Positions 9,754 through 18,952 of a stretch of DNA of 32,000 bases are shown piece after piece. Source of the DNA: Breznakia blatticola. Its GTDB lineage: Bacteria > Bacillota_I > Bacilli_A > Erysipelotrichales > Erysipelotrichaceae. The translations under genes and the position numbers were made by a program. Every line of letters starts with the position of its first letter. Positions within the stretch are counted from its first letter, which is position 1. The notes under the pieces are model-generated. The model made no database searches, was not told the DNA's origin, and saw only the letters and a list, made by a program, of their open reading frames with translations. The DNA lies in the NCBI RefSeq assembly GCF_004365815.1, contig NZ_SODD01000013.1, forward strand, positions 1-32,000, in the 5' to 3' direction.

Positions 9754-11547
9754 CTATATCTCTTTTGTATATTCTTTTAGCCATGCAACTTCTTCATCAT
9801 TTAGATATGGATGAATTTTTGCATAAACTTCTTTATGGTATTCATTTAACCAAATTCGTGTTGCTTCATCAAGTGTTTCAAAATCAATAGCATCTAAATC
9901 AATTGGTACAAATGTAATAGTTTCAAATGCTAAAAATTGTCCATATTCATTTACAACATCTTTTTTTACAATCAACTCATTTTCAATACGAATTCCATGA
10001 CTTCCTTCTTCATATACACCAGGTTCATCAGTAACAACCATGCCTTCCATCAATGGTGTATCTTCCTTACGATTCATCGCTTTACGCCAACGGATTCCGT
10101 GTGGACCTTCATGAACACCTAATAAAAACCCTACTCCATGTCCAGTTCCAGAACGATAATCAATATTGCTGTTCCACAAGTATTGACGTGCAAGAATATC
10201 TAAGTTGATTCCTGTACATCCACTTAAGAATTTTTGACGAGAAAGTTGTGCCATTCCCATCAGTGTTTGTGTAAAGTGTGTTTTCCAAACAGGATGTACT
10301 TCACCTAATGCAAATGTACGTGTAATATCTGTTGTCCCATTCATATATTGACCACCAGAATCAACGAGCAATAATCCTTCAGGCTGCAAAGTAGCACATG
10401 TCTCTTTTTGTGCGTGATAGTGCATCATCGCAGCATTTGCATTATATGCTGAAATGGTATCAAAACTAACTTCGATAAACTGTTCTTGTTGCTCTCTGAA
10501 AGTTAGTAACTTATCTGCAACAGAAACCTCATCCATCTCGATTTTTCCAATATTTGTTTTTAACCAATACATGAATTTCGTCATTGCAACACCATCTTTA
10601 ATGTGTGCAATTCGTAAATTTTCTATTTCTGTTTCATTTTTTAATGCTTTCATCAAAATAGATGGATTTGCCATTTCAACTGTTGTCGTACTTTTCTTAA
10701 TCGCATTATACAATGTATAATTCATAATTTCTGGATCCATCATAACTGTTTGTTTTACATATGTTACATCTTTGTAAATTGCATCATATGGATGTACAGT
10801 AATATTGTTTTTAATAAAGTATGCTTTCAATTCATCACTCAGTTTAGCTTCATCAACATAATAACGACATTCTGCTTGTTCAATCATTAAGTAACTTAAA
10901 ACAACTGGTGTTGCTGGAATATCAGCTCCACGGATATTTAAAATCCATGCAATATCATCTAATGAATTGACAACATGTACATTTGCTTCATGTTGTTTCA
11001 TCACCTTCCGAATTCTTTCTAACTTACTTTGTGTACTTTCACCACTATAGCTTTCATTCAAGATAAATGCTTTTGCTGTTGGTAGTGCAGGACGATCTTG
11101 CCAAATTTGACCAACTAAATCATATCCACTAACTAAACTACCACTCTTGTTGTTAACAATGCGTTCCATCATTAACCCTTCAAAAGCAGCAGCGGTTTTT
11201 CCATCAAAACCGATAACTCCCTTTTCAGGTGTGTTCATACTTAAAAATTGTAAGGGTGTTTCCACGCCATCACTTCCTAAGCGTTTGAAGATTATTTCAC
11301 TTCCTTTAATTTCTTGTTCAGCTTGCACGTAGTAACGTCCATCTGCCCATAAATAACTCTTTTCTTTACCGACGATCATTGTTCCCATAGACCCACTAAA
11401 ACCACTCATGTAGTAACGTTCTTGAAAATGTGCACCTACATATTCACTGTTGTGGTAATCATTGGTAGGAATGTAATAATAATCGATATTATGTTCCTTC
11501 ATTTTTTCACGCAATGCGCGAATTCTTTCATTAATCATTAAATTCAC
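9754..11547 (-). CDS. M24 family Xaa-Pro aminopeptidase (aminopeptidase P, long ~600-aa form)
   Basis: 597 aa with two creatinase-like N-terminal repeats followed by the pita-bread fold. Metal-ligand motifs are present (DSGGQY..GTTDITRT, GHGVG..HEGP, EPGVY, IRIEN). Confidence 0.85.
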   Translation of the reverse strand: MNLMINERIRALREKMKEHNIDYYYIPTNDYHNSEYVGAHFQERYYMSGFSGSMGTMIVGKEKSYLWADGRYYVQAEQEIKGSEIIFKRLGSDGVETPLQFLSMNTPEKGVIGFDGKTAAAFEGLMMERIVNNKSGSLVSGYDLVGQIWQDRPALPTAKAFILNESYSGESTQSKLERIRKVMKQHEANVHVVNSLDDIAWILNIRGADIPATPVVLSYLMIEQAECRYYVDEAKLSDELKAYFIKNNITVHPYDAIYKDVTYVKQTVMMDPEIMNYTLYNAIKKSTTTVEMANPSILMKALKNETEIENLRIAHIKDGVAMTKFMYWLKTNIGKIEMDEVSVADKLLTFREQQEQFIEVSFDTISAYNANAAMMHYHAQKETCATLQPEGLLLVDSGGQYMNGTTDITRTFALGEVHPVWKTHFTQTLMGMAQLSRQKFLSGCTGINLDILARQYLWNSNIDYRSGTGHGVGFLLGVHEGPHGIRWRKAMNRKEDTPLMEGMVVTDEPGVYEEGSHGIRIENELIVKKDVVNEYGQFLAFETITFVPIDLDAIDFETLDEATRIWLNEYHKEVYAKIHPYLNDEEVAWLKEYTKEI

Positions 11548-11590
11548 CGCCTCTAACTCTACTATTGTACTCCTATTTTACCTTTATTTG

Positions 11591-11610
11591 TAGCCCTATG
11601 ACTCAATTCA
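11591..11610. repeat. imperfect direct repeat, copy A, at the distal edge of the acyltransferase cassette
   Basis: TAGCCCTATG-ACTCAATTCA. It shares an exact 10-mer TAGCCCTATG plus a GACT(C)ATTCA-like extension with copy B at 13050-13073. Confidence 0.4.
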
Positions 11611-11612
11611 GT

Positions 11613-11639
11613 AAAAAAAGGAATGTGGTTACGCACTTC
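11613..11639 (-). terminator. candidate Rho-independent terminator of the acyltransferase gene
   Basis: Minus strand: GAAGTG-cgtaac-CAC(A)TTC stem (6 bp, one bulge), followed by CTTTTTTTAC. It lies about 110 nt downstream of the stop at 11749. Confidence 0.45.
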
Positions 11640-11748
11640 GAATATTATCAGGAAGATATAACAGAAAATCTATAAATAGCTTTTTGACACGTTTTTCCAA
11701 AATATTCTTTTATATTATACATTACCCTCTAATACAAATTGTAACTTG

Positions 11749-12978
11749 TTAAATAATTAACTTTTTATTTTTCTTCTTTAATTTGATAATTAGAATTGAA
11801 ATAATATGTGTAATTAATAGCACCATAAAAATATTCAAATAAGGGTAATTGCCTATATCTTTGATTAATAAAGACATAATAAAAATTACCATTGGATGTA
11901 GTAAATAATAATACTTTGATAAATTACCAAATTGAAATTTTAATTTGATCTTATTTGTAATATAAATAACTGAAATAAATAAATAATAAGTTAAGGGTAC
12001 ACACGATAGTAAAATATTACTATTAAGCCTATTTGTGTCATGTAATAATATAGCTTCGAAAACTAATAAGAAAAATGAAATAATTAATTTAGTAAAACAA
12101 TACTTTGAATATGCTTTTTCTTTTGTTCCTACAAAATAACCTAACACTACATAGAAAAGTCCGAAAAACAAAAAGTTTCTAGTAGTAAAGAAGATATTAT
12201 AATAATAAGACAATACGTCTTTTATTGATACTGGTAAAACACCATAATAAGTTTCTGTAGCTCCAAACAATAGTAATATAAAAGAAATTGCTAACAAATA
12301 TTTTATATTGAATTTTTTCGTCCATTTCTTTAATACCAATAATGAAAATATGATTGCAGGGAAATACCACAAATGATAATAAATCCCTGTATAACATAAA
12401 GCAATTAGTATTACAACTGGCAATAACAACATCGATAAAATAATTAACAAGGGTAAAGCAATGTTAATCTTTGATAAATATTCACTCATAATTGGTAAAT
12501 TTTGAAGAATTGTACCTATTAATATTGGTAAATATAATAAACTCCAAACCAAATATAAAGGTATTGTTCTCTTTACATAATCAGTAATATAATTTTCATT
12601 GTTATTTTGTTTCTTCGCAACAAAATAACCAGTTACTATGAAAAAAATAGGAACGCATATTCTTGTAATAATATTATTAAACGTCAAATCTAATTGATCA
12701 GAAAAATTAAGGAATGGTCGTAAATGTAGTATCATTATTAGAATTGCAGATATATATTTTAATATATCTAAATTTTGATAATAAACTTTATTTTCCTTAT
12801 AATTTCTATCAATATTTTTCTGAATAAATATTGTAACAAAACTGAAACATATTATCATTGAAATAATTAGAAAAGGATTTCCTAAACCATTTTCAATTTG
12901 GAATACATTTATAAATCTTAAAAATAATACTAACATAGTTATTATTAATGTAATTACGATTTCATTTTTAAATTTCAT
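11749..12978 (-). CDS. acyltransferase 3 (OafA/NolL-like) family integral membrane protein
   Basis: 409 aa and polytopic. The N-proximal family motif LDILKYISAILIMILHLRP (D..K/R......H) is present, followed by about 10 hydrophobic segments. The gene is strikingly AT-rich compared with its neighbours. Confidence 0.7.
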   Translation of the reverse strand: MKFKNEIVITLIITMLVLFLRFINVFQIENGLGNPFLIISMIICFSFVTIFIQKNIDRNYKENKVYYQNLDILKYISAILIMILHLRPFLNFSDQLDLTFNNIITRICVPIFFIVTGYFVAKKQNNNENYITDYVKRTIPLYLVWSLLYLPILIGTILQNLPIMSEYLSKINIALPLLIILSMLLLPVVILIALCYTGIYYHLWYFPAIIFSLLVLKKWTKKFNIKYLLAISFILLLFGATETYYGVLPVSIKDVLSYYYNIFFTTRNFLFFGLFYVVLGYFVGTKEKAYSKYCFTKLIISFFLLVFEAILLHDTNRLNSNILLSCVPLTYYLFISVIYITNKIKLKFQFGNLSKYYYLLHPMVIFIMSLLIKDIGNYPYLNIFMVLLITHIISILIIKLKKKNKKLII

Positions 12979-13021
12979 ATCAAATCACTTCTTAACCTTT
13001 AAATTACTATTTGCATCACTA

Positions 13022-13030
13022 ATTATAACA
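13022..13030 (-). promoter_or_regulatory. candidate extended -10 promoter of the acyltransferase gene
   Basis: The minus strand reads TGtTATAAT about 45 nt upstream of the ATG at 12978. There is no good -35. Confidence 0.45.
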
Positions 13031-13049
13031 TTTTCTAACGAAATAAAAA

Positions 13050-13073
13050 TAGCCCTATGCTAGTGACTATTCA
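13050..13073. repeat. imperfect direct repeat, copy B, at the proximal edge of the acyltransferase cassette
   Basis: TAGCCCTATG-ctagt-GACTATTCA. The same orientation as copy A, and immediately outside the candidate promoter. Confidence 0.4.
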
Positions 13074-13259
13074 CTATATTAGATAACTACATTACTGCTC
13101 TCCGATAAAAATATCGGAATTTATCATATTCCATAAACACTCTAGTTATACCTAATCTAACACAACTCATCTGTTTTTCATGGCTTGGAACGATTTAGAA
13201 ACCGCAAGTTATATGTCATTACCAAAGATAGTACATTTCGTATATATTTCACGAAAATT

Positions 13260-13284
13260 AAAAAGACCAACACACAAGTCGGTC
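13260..13284 (-). terminator. candidate terminator of the pyrH...rseP operon
   Basis: Minus strand: GACCGAC-ttgtgt-GTTGGTC (7-bp stem, one mismatch), followed by TTTTTAATTTT. It lies 90 nt downstream of the rseP stop. Confidence 0.5.
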
Positions 13285-13373
13285 CTCTTAGGTAGTTTGA
13301 TGTAGAAATTACCCCAATATATTGTAATTCAATTTTTCTTGTTACCCCAAGTTACCTTGGTGTAATCACACTC

Positions 13374-14435
13374 CTAGAACATTCGTAAGATATCGTTGTA
13401 TGTTGCAAACAACATCAATCCAACTAAAACTGCAAATCCTCCAAGGATTAAACCGTTCATTACCTTCTCATTTAACTTACGACCAAATAGTCGTTCTGCA
13501 AGAACTATAATTACACGTCCTCCATCAAGCGCAGGAATTGGTAGTGCATTCATAATTCCGATATTCACTGAGAATAAAGCAAGTAAACGTAAGAATACTA
13601 GGATTCCTGATTGTGCCGCTTGTGCACTAATTTTAAAGATACCTACAGGTCCGCTTAATTGCGTAAGGTTTTTTCCATGCAATAAGTTTGCAAGCCCATC
13701 AAATACAGCTGTACTTGCTTCTTTTAGATCTTGTGTACCATAACCAATTGCATCCATTGGTGAATTTTTAATTACCTTTCCTGGCGCAAAAGCAACACCA
13801 ATGCGTTTGGAATCACTTTCTGTATCAAGAATTGGTGTAGCTGACAATTGCAATGTTTTTCCATCGCGTTCTACTGTAAACGTTAATTCACCTTCAAATG
13901 TATTTACAACACTCACCATTTCACTGGCAGTAGTAATGTCATAAACATTATTTTCTGTATCTTCAATTCTTGTGACTTTATCACCAACTTCAAAGCCAGC
14001 TTCGCTAGCAATACTATCGCTGACAACTTCGTTGATAATGGCAGGTTGTGCTTCTACACGTTGTCCGACTGCCATATTAATACCAACAAATACGACCCAA
14101 GCTAAAATTACATTCATAATAATTCCAGCTAGCATAACAATTACTTGTTGGTAGGTTTTTATCCCATTAATCGTTCTTTCAAATGGAACGTTTTCATCCG
14201 CTTTTGTATCGTCAGCTTCTCCAGCCATTGACACAAATCCACCAATTGGTAGAGCACGAATGGAATATTGTGTTTCCCCTACTTGTTTTTTAAACAGAAC
14301 AGGTCCCATCCCAATCGAGAATTCCCCACAGTATACACCAAACGCTTTGGCTGTAAGAAAATGTCCTAATTCGTGAACAAAAACAATCACACTTAATAAA
14401 ATTACAAAACTTAAAATGGCAATAATCGTATCCAT
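13374..14435 (-). CDS. rseP: RIP metalloprotease RseP/RasP (site-2 protease, M50)
   Basis: The HELGH zinc motif sits in the first TM (VFVHELGHFLTAKAFG). A single PDZ-like segment and a C-terminal NxxPxxxLDGG motif (MNALPIPALDGGRV) are present. The position after dxr is conserved. Confidence 0.9.
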   Translation of the reverse strand: MDTIIAILSFVILLSVIVFVHELGHFLTAKAFGVYCGEFSIGMGPVLFKKQVGETQYSIRALPIGGFVSMAGEADDTKADENVPFERTINGIKTYQQVIVMLAGIIMNVILAWVVFVGINMAVGQRVEAQPAIINEVVSDSIASEAGFEVGDKVTRIEDTENNVYDITTASEMVSVVNTFEGELTFTVERDGKTLQLSATPILDTESDSKRIGVAFAPGKVIKNSPMDAIGYGTQDLKEASTAVFDGLANLLHGKNLTQLSGPVGIFKISAQAAQSGILVFLRLLALFSVNIGIMNALPIPALDGGRVIIVLAERLFGRKLNEKVMNGLILGGFAVLVGLMLFATYNDILRMF

Positions 14436-15584
14436 TTAATTCCCTCCAAGTTCACTTACAAAAGCACGTGTTTGTAAATCAGTCGCTAGTAAATCCTCAT
14501 ATGTAGGATTTTCAATAAACTGTATTTGTTCATAGGCTTTTGTAATACATTCTTCAATTTGTAAGAATGAGATTTTTTCTTCTAAAAATAACTGTACTGC
14601 AACTTCATCTGCAGCATTTAGGATTGCACCACTATTTCCACCACGTCGTCCTGCTTTATAGGCTAGTTCGAGTAATGGGAAGCGATGGAAATCCATCGCT
14701 TGAAAGTGTAACATTCCTACTTTCACTAAATCAAGCGGTTCGCTTTGTTTTAAAGATAAACGATCTGGATAACTAAGTGCATATTGAATTGGAATTCGCA
14801 TATCCGCTGTTCCTAGTTGTGCAATCACGGAGTGATCTACATACTCAACAAGTGAGTGCACAATACTTTCCTTATTGATAATGACATCAATATGATCAAA
14901 ATCAACATCGAACAGGTAATATGCTTCAATCACTTCAAACCCCTTATTCATCATTGTTGCACTATCAATTGTAATGCGTTTTCCCATCGACCAATTTGGA
15001 TGATTTAAAGCATCTTTGACAGTTACATTAACAAGTTCCTCTCGTGTTTTATCACGAAAACTCCCACCACTTGCACTTACAATCAAGCGCTTAATTTCGC
15101 TATGTTTATTTCCTTGTAAACATTGAAAAATTGCAGAGTGTTCACTATCAATTGGCAACATTGTTCCATTGTATTTTTTTAGTGCTGCTTTAACTAGTGG
15201 CCCACCAGTTACTAGACTTTCTTTATTGGCTAGTGCTAAAACCATGCCTTTTTCAATCGTCTTTAAACTTGGTTTTAAACCAGCAAATCCAACAAGGGCA
15301 TTTACGACCACATCTGCTTGTATATCAAGTAAAGATAGTAGTCCTTCATCTTCACAAGTAAATGATAGTTCCGGATAAATTTCTTGCATTACCTTTGCAT
15401 CTTCTTGTTGAAGAACACTATAGTTTCGACATTTTGGATACAGTTGAATAATCTTTTCCAGTGCATCCATATTGCGTCCAATAGACATCGCGACAATTTC
15501 ATATTCTTCAGGATGTCCAAGTACTACATCAATGGTTTGCATACCAATTGATCCACTTGCCCCAAGTAAGATGATTTTTTTCAT
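14436..15584 (-). CDS. dxr: 1-deoxy-D-xylulose 5-phosphate reductoisomerase
   Basis: N-terminal NADPH site (ILLGASGSIG), LANKESLV, PIDSEHSAIFQ and NKGFEVIEA motifs. 382 aa. Confidence 0.95.
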   Translation of the reverse strand: MKKIILLGASGSIGMQTIDVVLGHPEEYEIVAMSIGRNMDALEKIIQLYPKCRNYSVLQQEDAKVMQEIYPELSFTCEDEGLLSLLDIQADVVVNALVGFAGLKPSLKTIEKGMVLALANKESLVTGGPLVKAALKKYNGTMLPIDSEHSAIFQCLQGNKHSEIKRLIVSASGGSFRDKTREELVNVTVKDALNHPNWSMGKRITIDSATMMNKGFEVIEAYYLFDVDFDHIDVIINKESIVHSLVEYVDHSVIAQLGTADMRIPIQYALSYPDRLSLKQSEPLDLVKVGMLHFQAMDFHRFPLLELAYKAGRRGGNSGAILNAADEVAVQLFLEEKISFLQIEECITKAYEQIQFIENPTYEDLLATDLQTRAFVSELGGN

Positions 15585-16351
15585 AAAACAATCACCATTA
15601 CTACTGCAAATGCCACTAATGTAAAGATTAATGAATCAATACGGTCCAAAAATCCACCATGTCCTGGAAAGATATTTGAAAAATCTTTTATATTGTAGTC
15701 ACGTTTAATATTCGAAAATGATAAATCACCAAGTTGACTAACTATTGGCAACCATAAAGATCCAATAATTAATAAAATCAGTGGCATATCCTTAATCACA
15801 AAAACCGCAAACAAGGCAGATAGTAATGCTCCTGTTGCCCAACCACCAACAGCACCTTCCACCGTTTTCTTTGGTGAAATCTCTGGTAACAGTTTGGTTT
15901 TTCCAAAGATACTTCCAATAAAGTAAGCACCTGTATCACAACCATAGGTCGCTAGTAAAATATACCAAATGTATAAGTGACTTGCACTATAAATATAGAA
16001 GAATACTTTTCCTAGAATAAATGTAATTGTCGAAATGGCAATCAAGAAAAAGACATCTTCTGTAAGAACACGTTTACGAAATAACGGTGTTGATAGTAAT
16101 GCAAAAATTAGCACAGCAAAAACAAAGAATGAGTATTTTTCTGGAATGATAACCAAACATCCATTCAATAAAAATAGAATAGTTAGTAGTGCTGTACTTA
16201 AGGATTTACGGTTTGGTAGTAATGATACAAGTTCAAAACTTGATACCAAAACAATCAATCCAACTAATATCTTAAGTAATATTCCACCATATAGTAACGG
16301 CGGGATGACACAAGCGATAATCACTAGTGCGGTAATGATACGTTTTACCAT
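15581..16351 (-). CDS. cdsA: phosphatidate cytidylyltransferase
   Basis: Polytopic membrane protein with the C-terminal CDS signature SNIKRDYNIKDFSNIFPGHGGFLDRIDS. It overlaps the dxr start by 4 nt. Confidence 0.9.
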   Translation of the reverse strand: MVKRIITALVIIACVIPPLLYGGILLKILVGLIVLVSSFELVSLLPNRKSLSTALLTILFLLNGCLVIIPEKYSFFVFAVLIFALLSTPLFRKRVLTEDVFFLIAISTITFILGKVFFYIYSASHLYIWYILLATYGCDTGAYFIGSIFGKTKLLPEISPKKTVEGAVGGWATGALLSALFAVFVIKDMPLILLIIGSLWLPIVSQLGDLSFSNIKRDYNIKDFSNIFPGHGGFLDRIDSLIFTLVAFAVVMVIVL

Positions 16352-16353
16352 TC

Positions 16354-17043
16354 TTACACACCTCCAAAACGACGATTGCGTTGATTGAATTCTTCAATGA
16401 TATTTGCAAAACGTGCCTCATCTAATTCAGGCCAAGCGTAATCAACAAAAACAAATTCTGCATACGCAAGTTGCCACATCAAGAAGTTAGATAAACGTTT
16501 TTCTCCACTTGTGCGCACAAGTAAATCAATTTCAGGAAGTCCATTTGTCATCATGTAAGAGCCAAATGTATCTTCATCAATTTCTAATGGTTGTTTTCCA
16601 TCAATAACATCTTTTGCATACGCTTGTGCAGCAAGTGTGATTTCACGACGTGAACCATAATTAATCGCAATGACCAACTTCAGTCCCGTATTATCTTTTG
16701 TTTGCTTTTCAGCTTCTAAGATTACTTTTACTGTATCACTAGGAAATCGTTCCAGTTCTCCAATATGCATAACCTTAATATTCTTTTCATTTAACTCTCT
16801 AATATATTTATTAAAAAACATTTTCGGTAGTTTACATAAATATTCTACTTCTTTTGGTGGACGTTTCCAGTTTTCTGTACTAAACGCATATAATGTAAGT
16901 ACCTCAATACCTAAACGATTTGCTTCTAAAGCTATGGTACGAATCGTTTCAGCACCAGCTTTATGTCCTTTTGTTCGTTCAAAACCTTTTGCTTTTGCCC
17001 ATCGACCATTTCCATCCATGATCATTGCTACGTGTTTTACCAT
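16354..17043 (-). CDS. uppS: isoprenyl transferase (undecaprenyl diphosphate synthase)
   Basis: HVAMIMDGNGRWA motif, FSTENW and RTSGE.RLSNF. I call the start at ATG 17043 (MVKHV...), which has GGAGG 6 nt upstream, rather than the GTG at 17070 used by the ORF track. Confidence 0.9.
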   Translation of the reverse strand: MVKHVAMIMDGNGRWAKAKGFERTKGHKAGAETIRTIALEANRLGIEVLTLYAFSTENWKRPPKEVEYLCKLPKMFFNKYIRELNEKNIKVMHIGELERFPSDTVKVILEAEKQTKDNTGLKLVIAINYGSRREITLAAQAYAKDVIDGKQPLEIDEDTFGSYMMTNGLPEIDLLVRTSGEKRLSNFLMWQLAYAEFVFVDYAWPELDEARFANIIEEFNQRNRRFGGV

Positions 17044-17054
17044 AGTTAGCCTCC

Positions 17055-17081
17055 ATAAAGTAAAACCCACTTACGTGGGTT
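17055..17081 (-). terminator. frr-uppS intergenic hairpin (weak terminator / attenuator)
   Basis: Minus strand: AACCCAC-gtaa-GTGGGTT perfect 7-bp stem with a GNRA loop, followed by TTTACTTTAT. It sits between the frr stop (17084) and the uppS RBS. Confidence 0.45.
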
Positions 17082-17083
17082 AA

Positions 17084-17629
17084 TTAAATTGACATAATTT
17101 CATCGACTTTTGTTTTGACAGTTTCATCAATTTTTTTCACGTATTCATCCGTAAGTTTTTGAATACGATCTTGTGCATCCTTTTTCATATCTTCTGTAAG
17201 TTCAGAAGCTTTTTTTGCAGCATCGTTCGCATCACGACGAATGTTACGGATTACAATTTTGCTTTCTTCTCCAACTTTTGCAGCATCTTTTCCTAAAGCT
17301 TTACGAGTATCTTCAGTTAATGGTGGAATGTTAATACGTAATACATCTCCATCATTTTGTACTGGATATCCAAGATCACATGCATTAATTGCTTGAAGCA
17401 TATCTTTAACTAAACTTTTGTCATATGGTTTAATTAATAATTGACGACCTTCAACTACTTGAATACTTGCCATTTGGTTTACTGGTGTTGGTGATCCATA
17501 GTAATCTACTTCTACACGATCCAACATCGCAGGGTTTGCTCTACCTGTACGAATTTCTACTAAATTGTTGTGAAGTGCATCCATTGCACGTTCCATTTTT
17601 TCTTTTGCATTATCTAAAATTGCTTGCAT
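17084..17629 (-). CDS. frr: ribosome recycling factor
   Basis: 181 aa with a typical RRF sequence (RTGRANPAMLD...V.YYG..TP..Q.A.I...E.R.L.I.P.D......I..AI...DLG..P). Confidence 0.95.
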   Translation of the reverse strand: MQAILDNAKEKMERAMDALHNNLVEIRTGRANPAMLDRVEVDYYGSPTPVNQMASIQVVEGRQLLIKPYDKSLVKDMLQAINACDLGYPVQNDGDVLRINIPPLTEDTRKALGKDAAKVGEESKIVIRNIRRDANDAAKKASELTEDMKKDAQDRIQKLTDEYVKKIDETVKTKVDEIMSI

Positions 17630-17630
17630 T

Positions 17631-18344
17631 TTATTTATCTCCTTTACTAATTACAGTTCCAATTGTATTTCCTTTAATTGCTTTTAATATATTTCCTCTT
17701 TCGTTCATATTAAATACGATTAAGTCAATATCGTTATCCATACACATACTTGTTGCAGTTGTATCCATAACTTGCAATCCTTGATTTAATAAATCCATGT
17801 ATGATAAGTGATCATATTTTTTAGCATCTGGATTCTTTTTTGGGTCACTATCGTATACACCATCTACTCCATTTTTTGCCATCAAGATTACATCTGCTTT
17901 AATTTCACTTGCACGTAAAGCTGCAGTTGTATCTGTTGAGAAATATGGTGAACCTGTTCCAGCTCCAAAGATGACAATACGTCCTTTTTCTAAGTGACGA
18001 ATGGCTCTTCTTACAATAAATGGTTCTGCAATTTTTTGCATCTCAATTGCAGTTTGAACACGTGTTGGTACTCCAATTTGTTCCAAAGCATTTTGCACAG
18101 CAAGTGCATTTATAACAGTCCCTAGCATTCCCATGTAGTCACCTTGTACACGATCAATACCTAATTGTTCAACAAGTTTACCACGAATGAAGTTACCTCC
18201 ACCTACAACGATTGCTAAATCAACACCTTGTTCGTGAACTTCCTTCAATTCTTCAGCAAGTTGTGCAAGGATGTTTGGGTCAAAAGCATTTCCATTACCA
18301 GATAATGCTTCTCCGCTTAGTTTTAATAGAACTCGATTATACAT
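17631..18344 (-). CDS. pyrH: UMP kinase
   Basis: [21 protein letters not shown] and [16 protein letters not shown] motifs. 237 aa. Confidence 0.95.
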   Translation of the reverse strand: MYNRVLLKLSGEALSGNGNAFDPNILAQLAEELKEVHEQGVDLAIVVGGGNFIRGKLVEQLGIDRVQGDYMGMLGTVINALAVQNALEQIGVPTRVQTAIEMQKIAEPFIVRRAIRHLEKGRIVIFGAGTGSPYFSTDTTAALRASEIKADVILMAKNGVDGVYDSDPKKNPDAKKYDHLSYMDLLNQGLQVMDTTATSMCMDNDIDLIVFNMNERGNILKAIKGNTIGTVISKGDK

Positions 18345-18388
18345 CTATAATACCTTCCTTTATATACAGTCTCCGTAGACTCTCATTC

Positions 18389-18396
18389 ATTATACA
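18389..18396 (-). promoter_or_regulatory. candidate extended -10 promoter for pyrH operon
   Basis: The minus strand reads TGtATAAT about 45 nt upstream of the pyrH ATG. The RBS is AAGGAAGG. Confidence 0.45.
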
Positions 18397-18551
18397 TGAT
18401 TTACTAAACCACTTCCACAGGAAAAAACAAATAACTACCGAAAATAATCCATTCATATCCAGTAGCTCACTTTCCTAAATTCGTGTAAAAAAAGAATTAT
18501 TACTTCATGTTTTTATCTATTCACATATACTTCATGATTTGCAAATAGTTT

Positions 18552-18580
18552 TTGACATATGCCAGAAATGAGCATATACT
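18552..18580 (+). promoter_or_regulatory. sigma-A type promoter of the DUF134-mrp/nifX operon with embedded inverted repeat
   Basis: TTGACA (18552-18557), 17-nt spacer, TATACT (18575-18580). The inverted repeat ATATGC-N9-GCATAT (18557-18577) spans the spacer. GAGGAG RBS precedes the ATG at 18617. Confidence 0.6.
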
Positions 18581-18616
18581 TTTCTTTGTAAAAAAAACAA
18601 TAATGAGGAGATTTGT

Positions 18617-18952
18617 ATGCCCAGACCAAAAAAGACACGAAACATTTGTAATAAACCTCGTTGTATGGATTTTAAACCAGATCTTCAACACGAGCAGGTC
18701 ACATTATTACCTTTGGATGAATACGAAGTTATTCGACTAATTGACTACGAAGGATTAAACCAAGAAGCATGTGCAGTCCAAATGGGACTATCTCGAGCGT
18801 CTGTTCAAGCGATGTATCAACGCGCAAGAAAAACCATTGCGATTTGCCTGGTTGAATCAACTGCATTACGTATTGTTGACCATCAAGAACCATGCCCAAA
18901 AGTACACAAACGCCGTCATTGTTGTAAAAAAGGAGGAACTCATCATGAGTAA
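18617..18952 (+). CDS. DUF134 (UPF0251) family predicted DNA-binding protein
   Basis: The N-terminus MPRPKKTRNICNKPRCMDFKP is the hallmark of the DUF134 family. It is followed by a sigma-70 region-4-like HTH (LPLDEYEVIRLIDYEGLNQEACAVQMGLSRASVQAMYQRARKTIA). The C-terminus is Cys/His-rich (CPKVHKRRHCCKKGGTHHE). Confidence 0.8.
   Translation: MPRPKKTRNICNKPRCMDFKPDLQHEQVTLLPLDEYEVIRLIDYEGLNQEACAVQMGLSRASVQAMYQRARKTIAICLVESTALRIVDHQEPCPKVHKRRHCCKKGGTHHE

Noticed and set aside
12197-12397. A 66-aa minus-strand ORF inside the acyltransferase gene.
   Set aside because: It is an alternate frame of the same strand within a continuous 409-aa membrane protein ORF, with no independent signals.
13330-13372. 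A hairpin ACCCCAAG-ttac-CTTGGTGT and a repeated GTTACC just downstream of rseP.
   Set aside because: Neither strand has a U-tract after it and the stem has a mismatch. The better terminator candidate is at 13260-13284.
18771-18944. A 58-codon N-terminal extension of the Mrp/NifX ORF, as given in the ORF track (start 18771).
   Set aside because: It would overlap the DUF134 CDS by about 180 nt in another frame, and it has no RBS. ATG 18945 has AAGGAGG at ideal spacing and the common stop/start overlap.
2997-18952. Identical 8-nt stop/start overlaps (ATGAGTAA) at ylxM/ackA (3004-3011) and at DUF134/Mrp (18945-18952).
   Set aside because: Each is a real overlap, but the identity is most simply a coincidence of MS-initiated proteins following a GAG-TAA or xAT-GAG-TAA end. 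No extended similarity surrounds the two sites.
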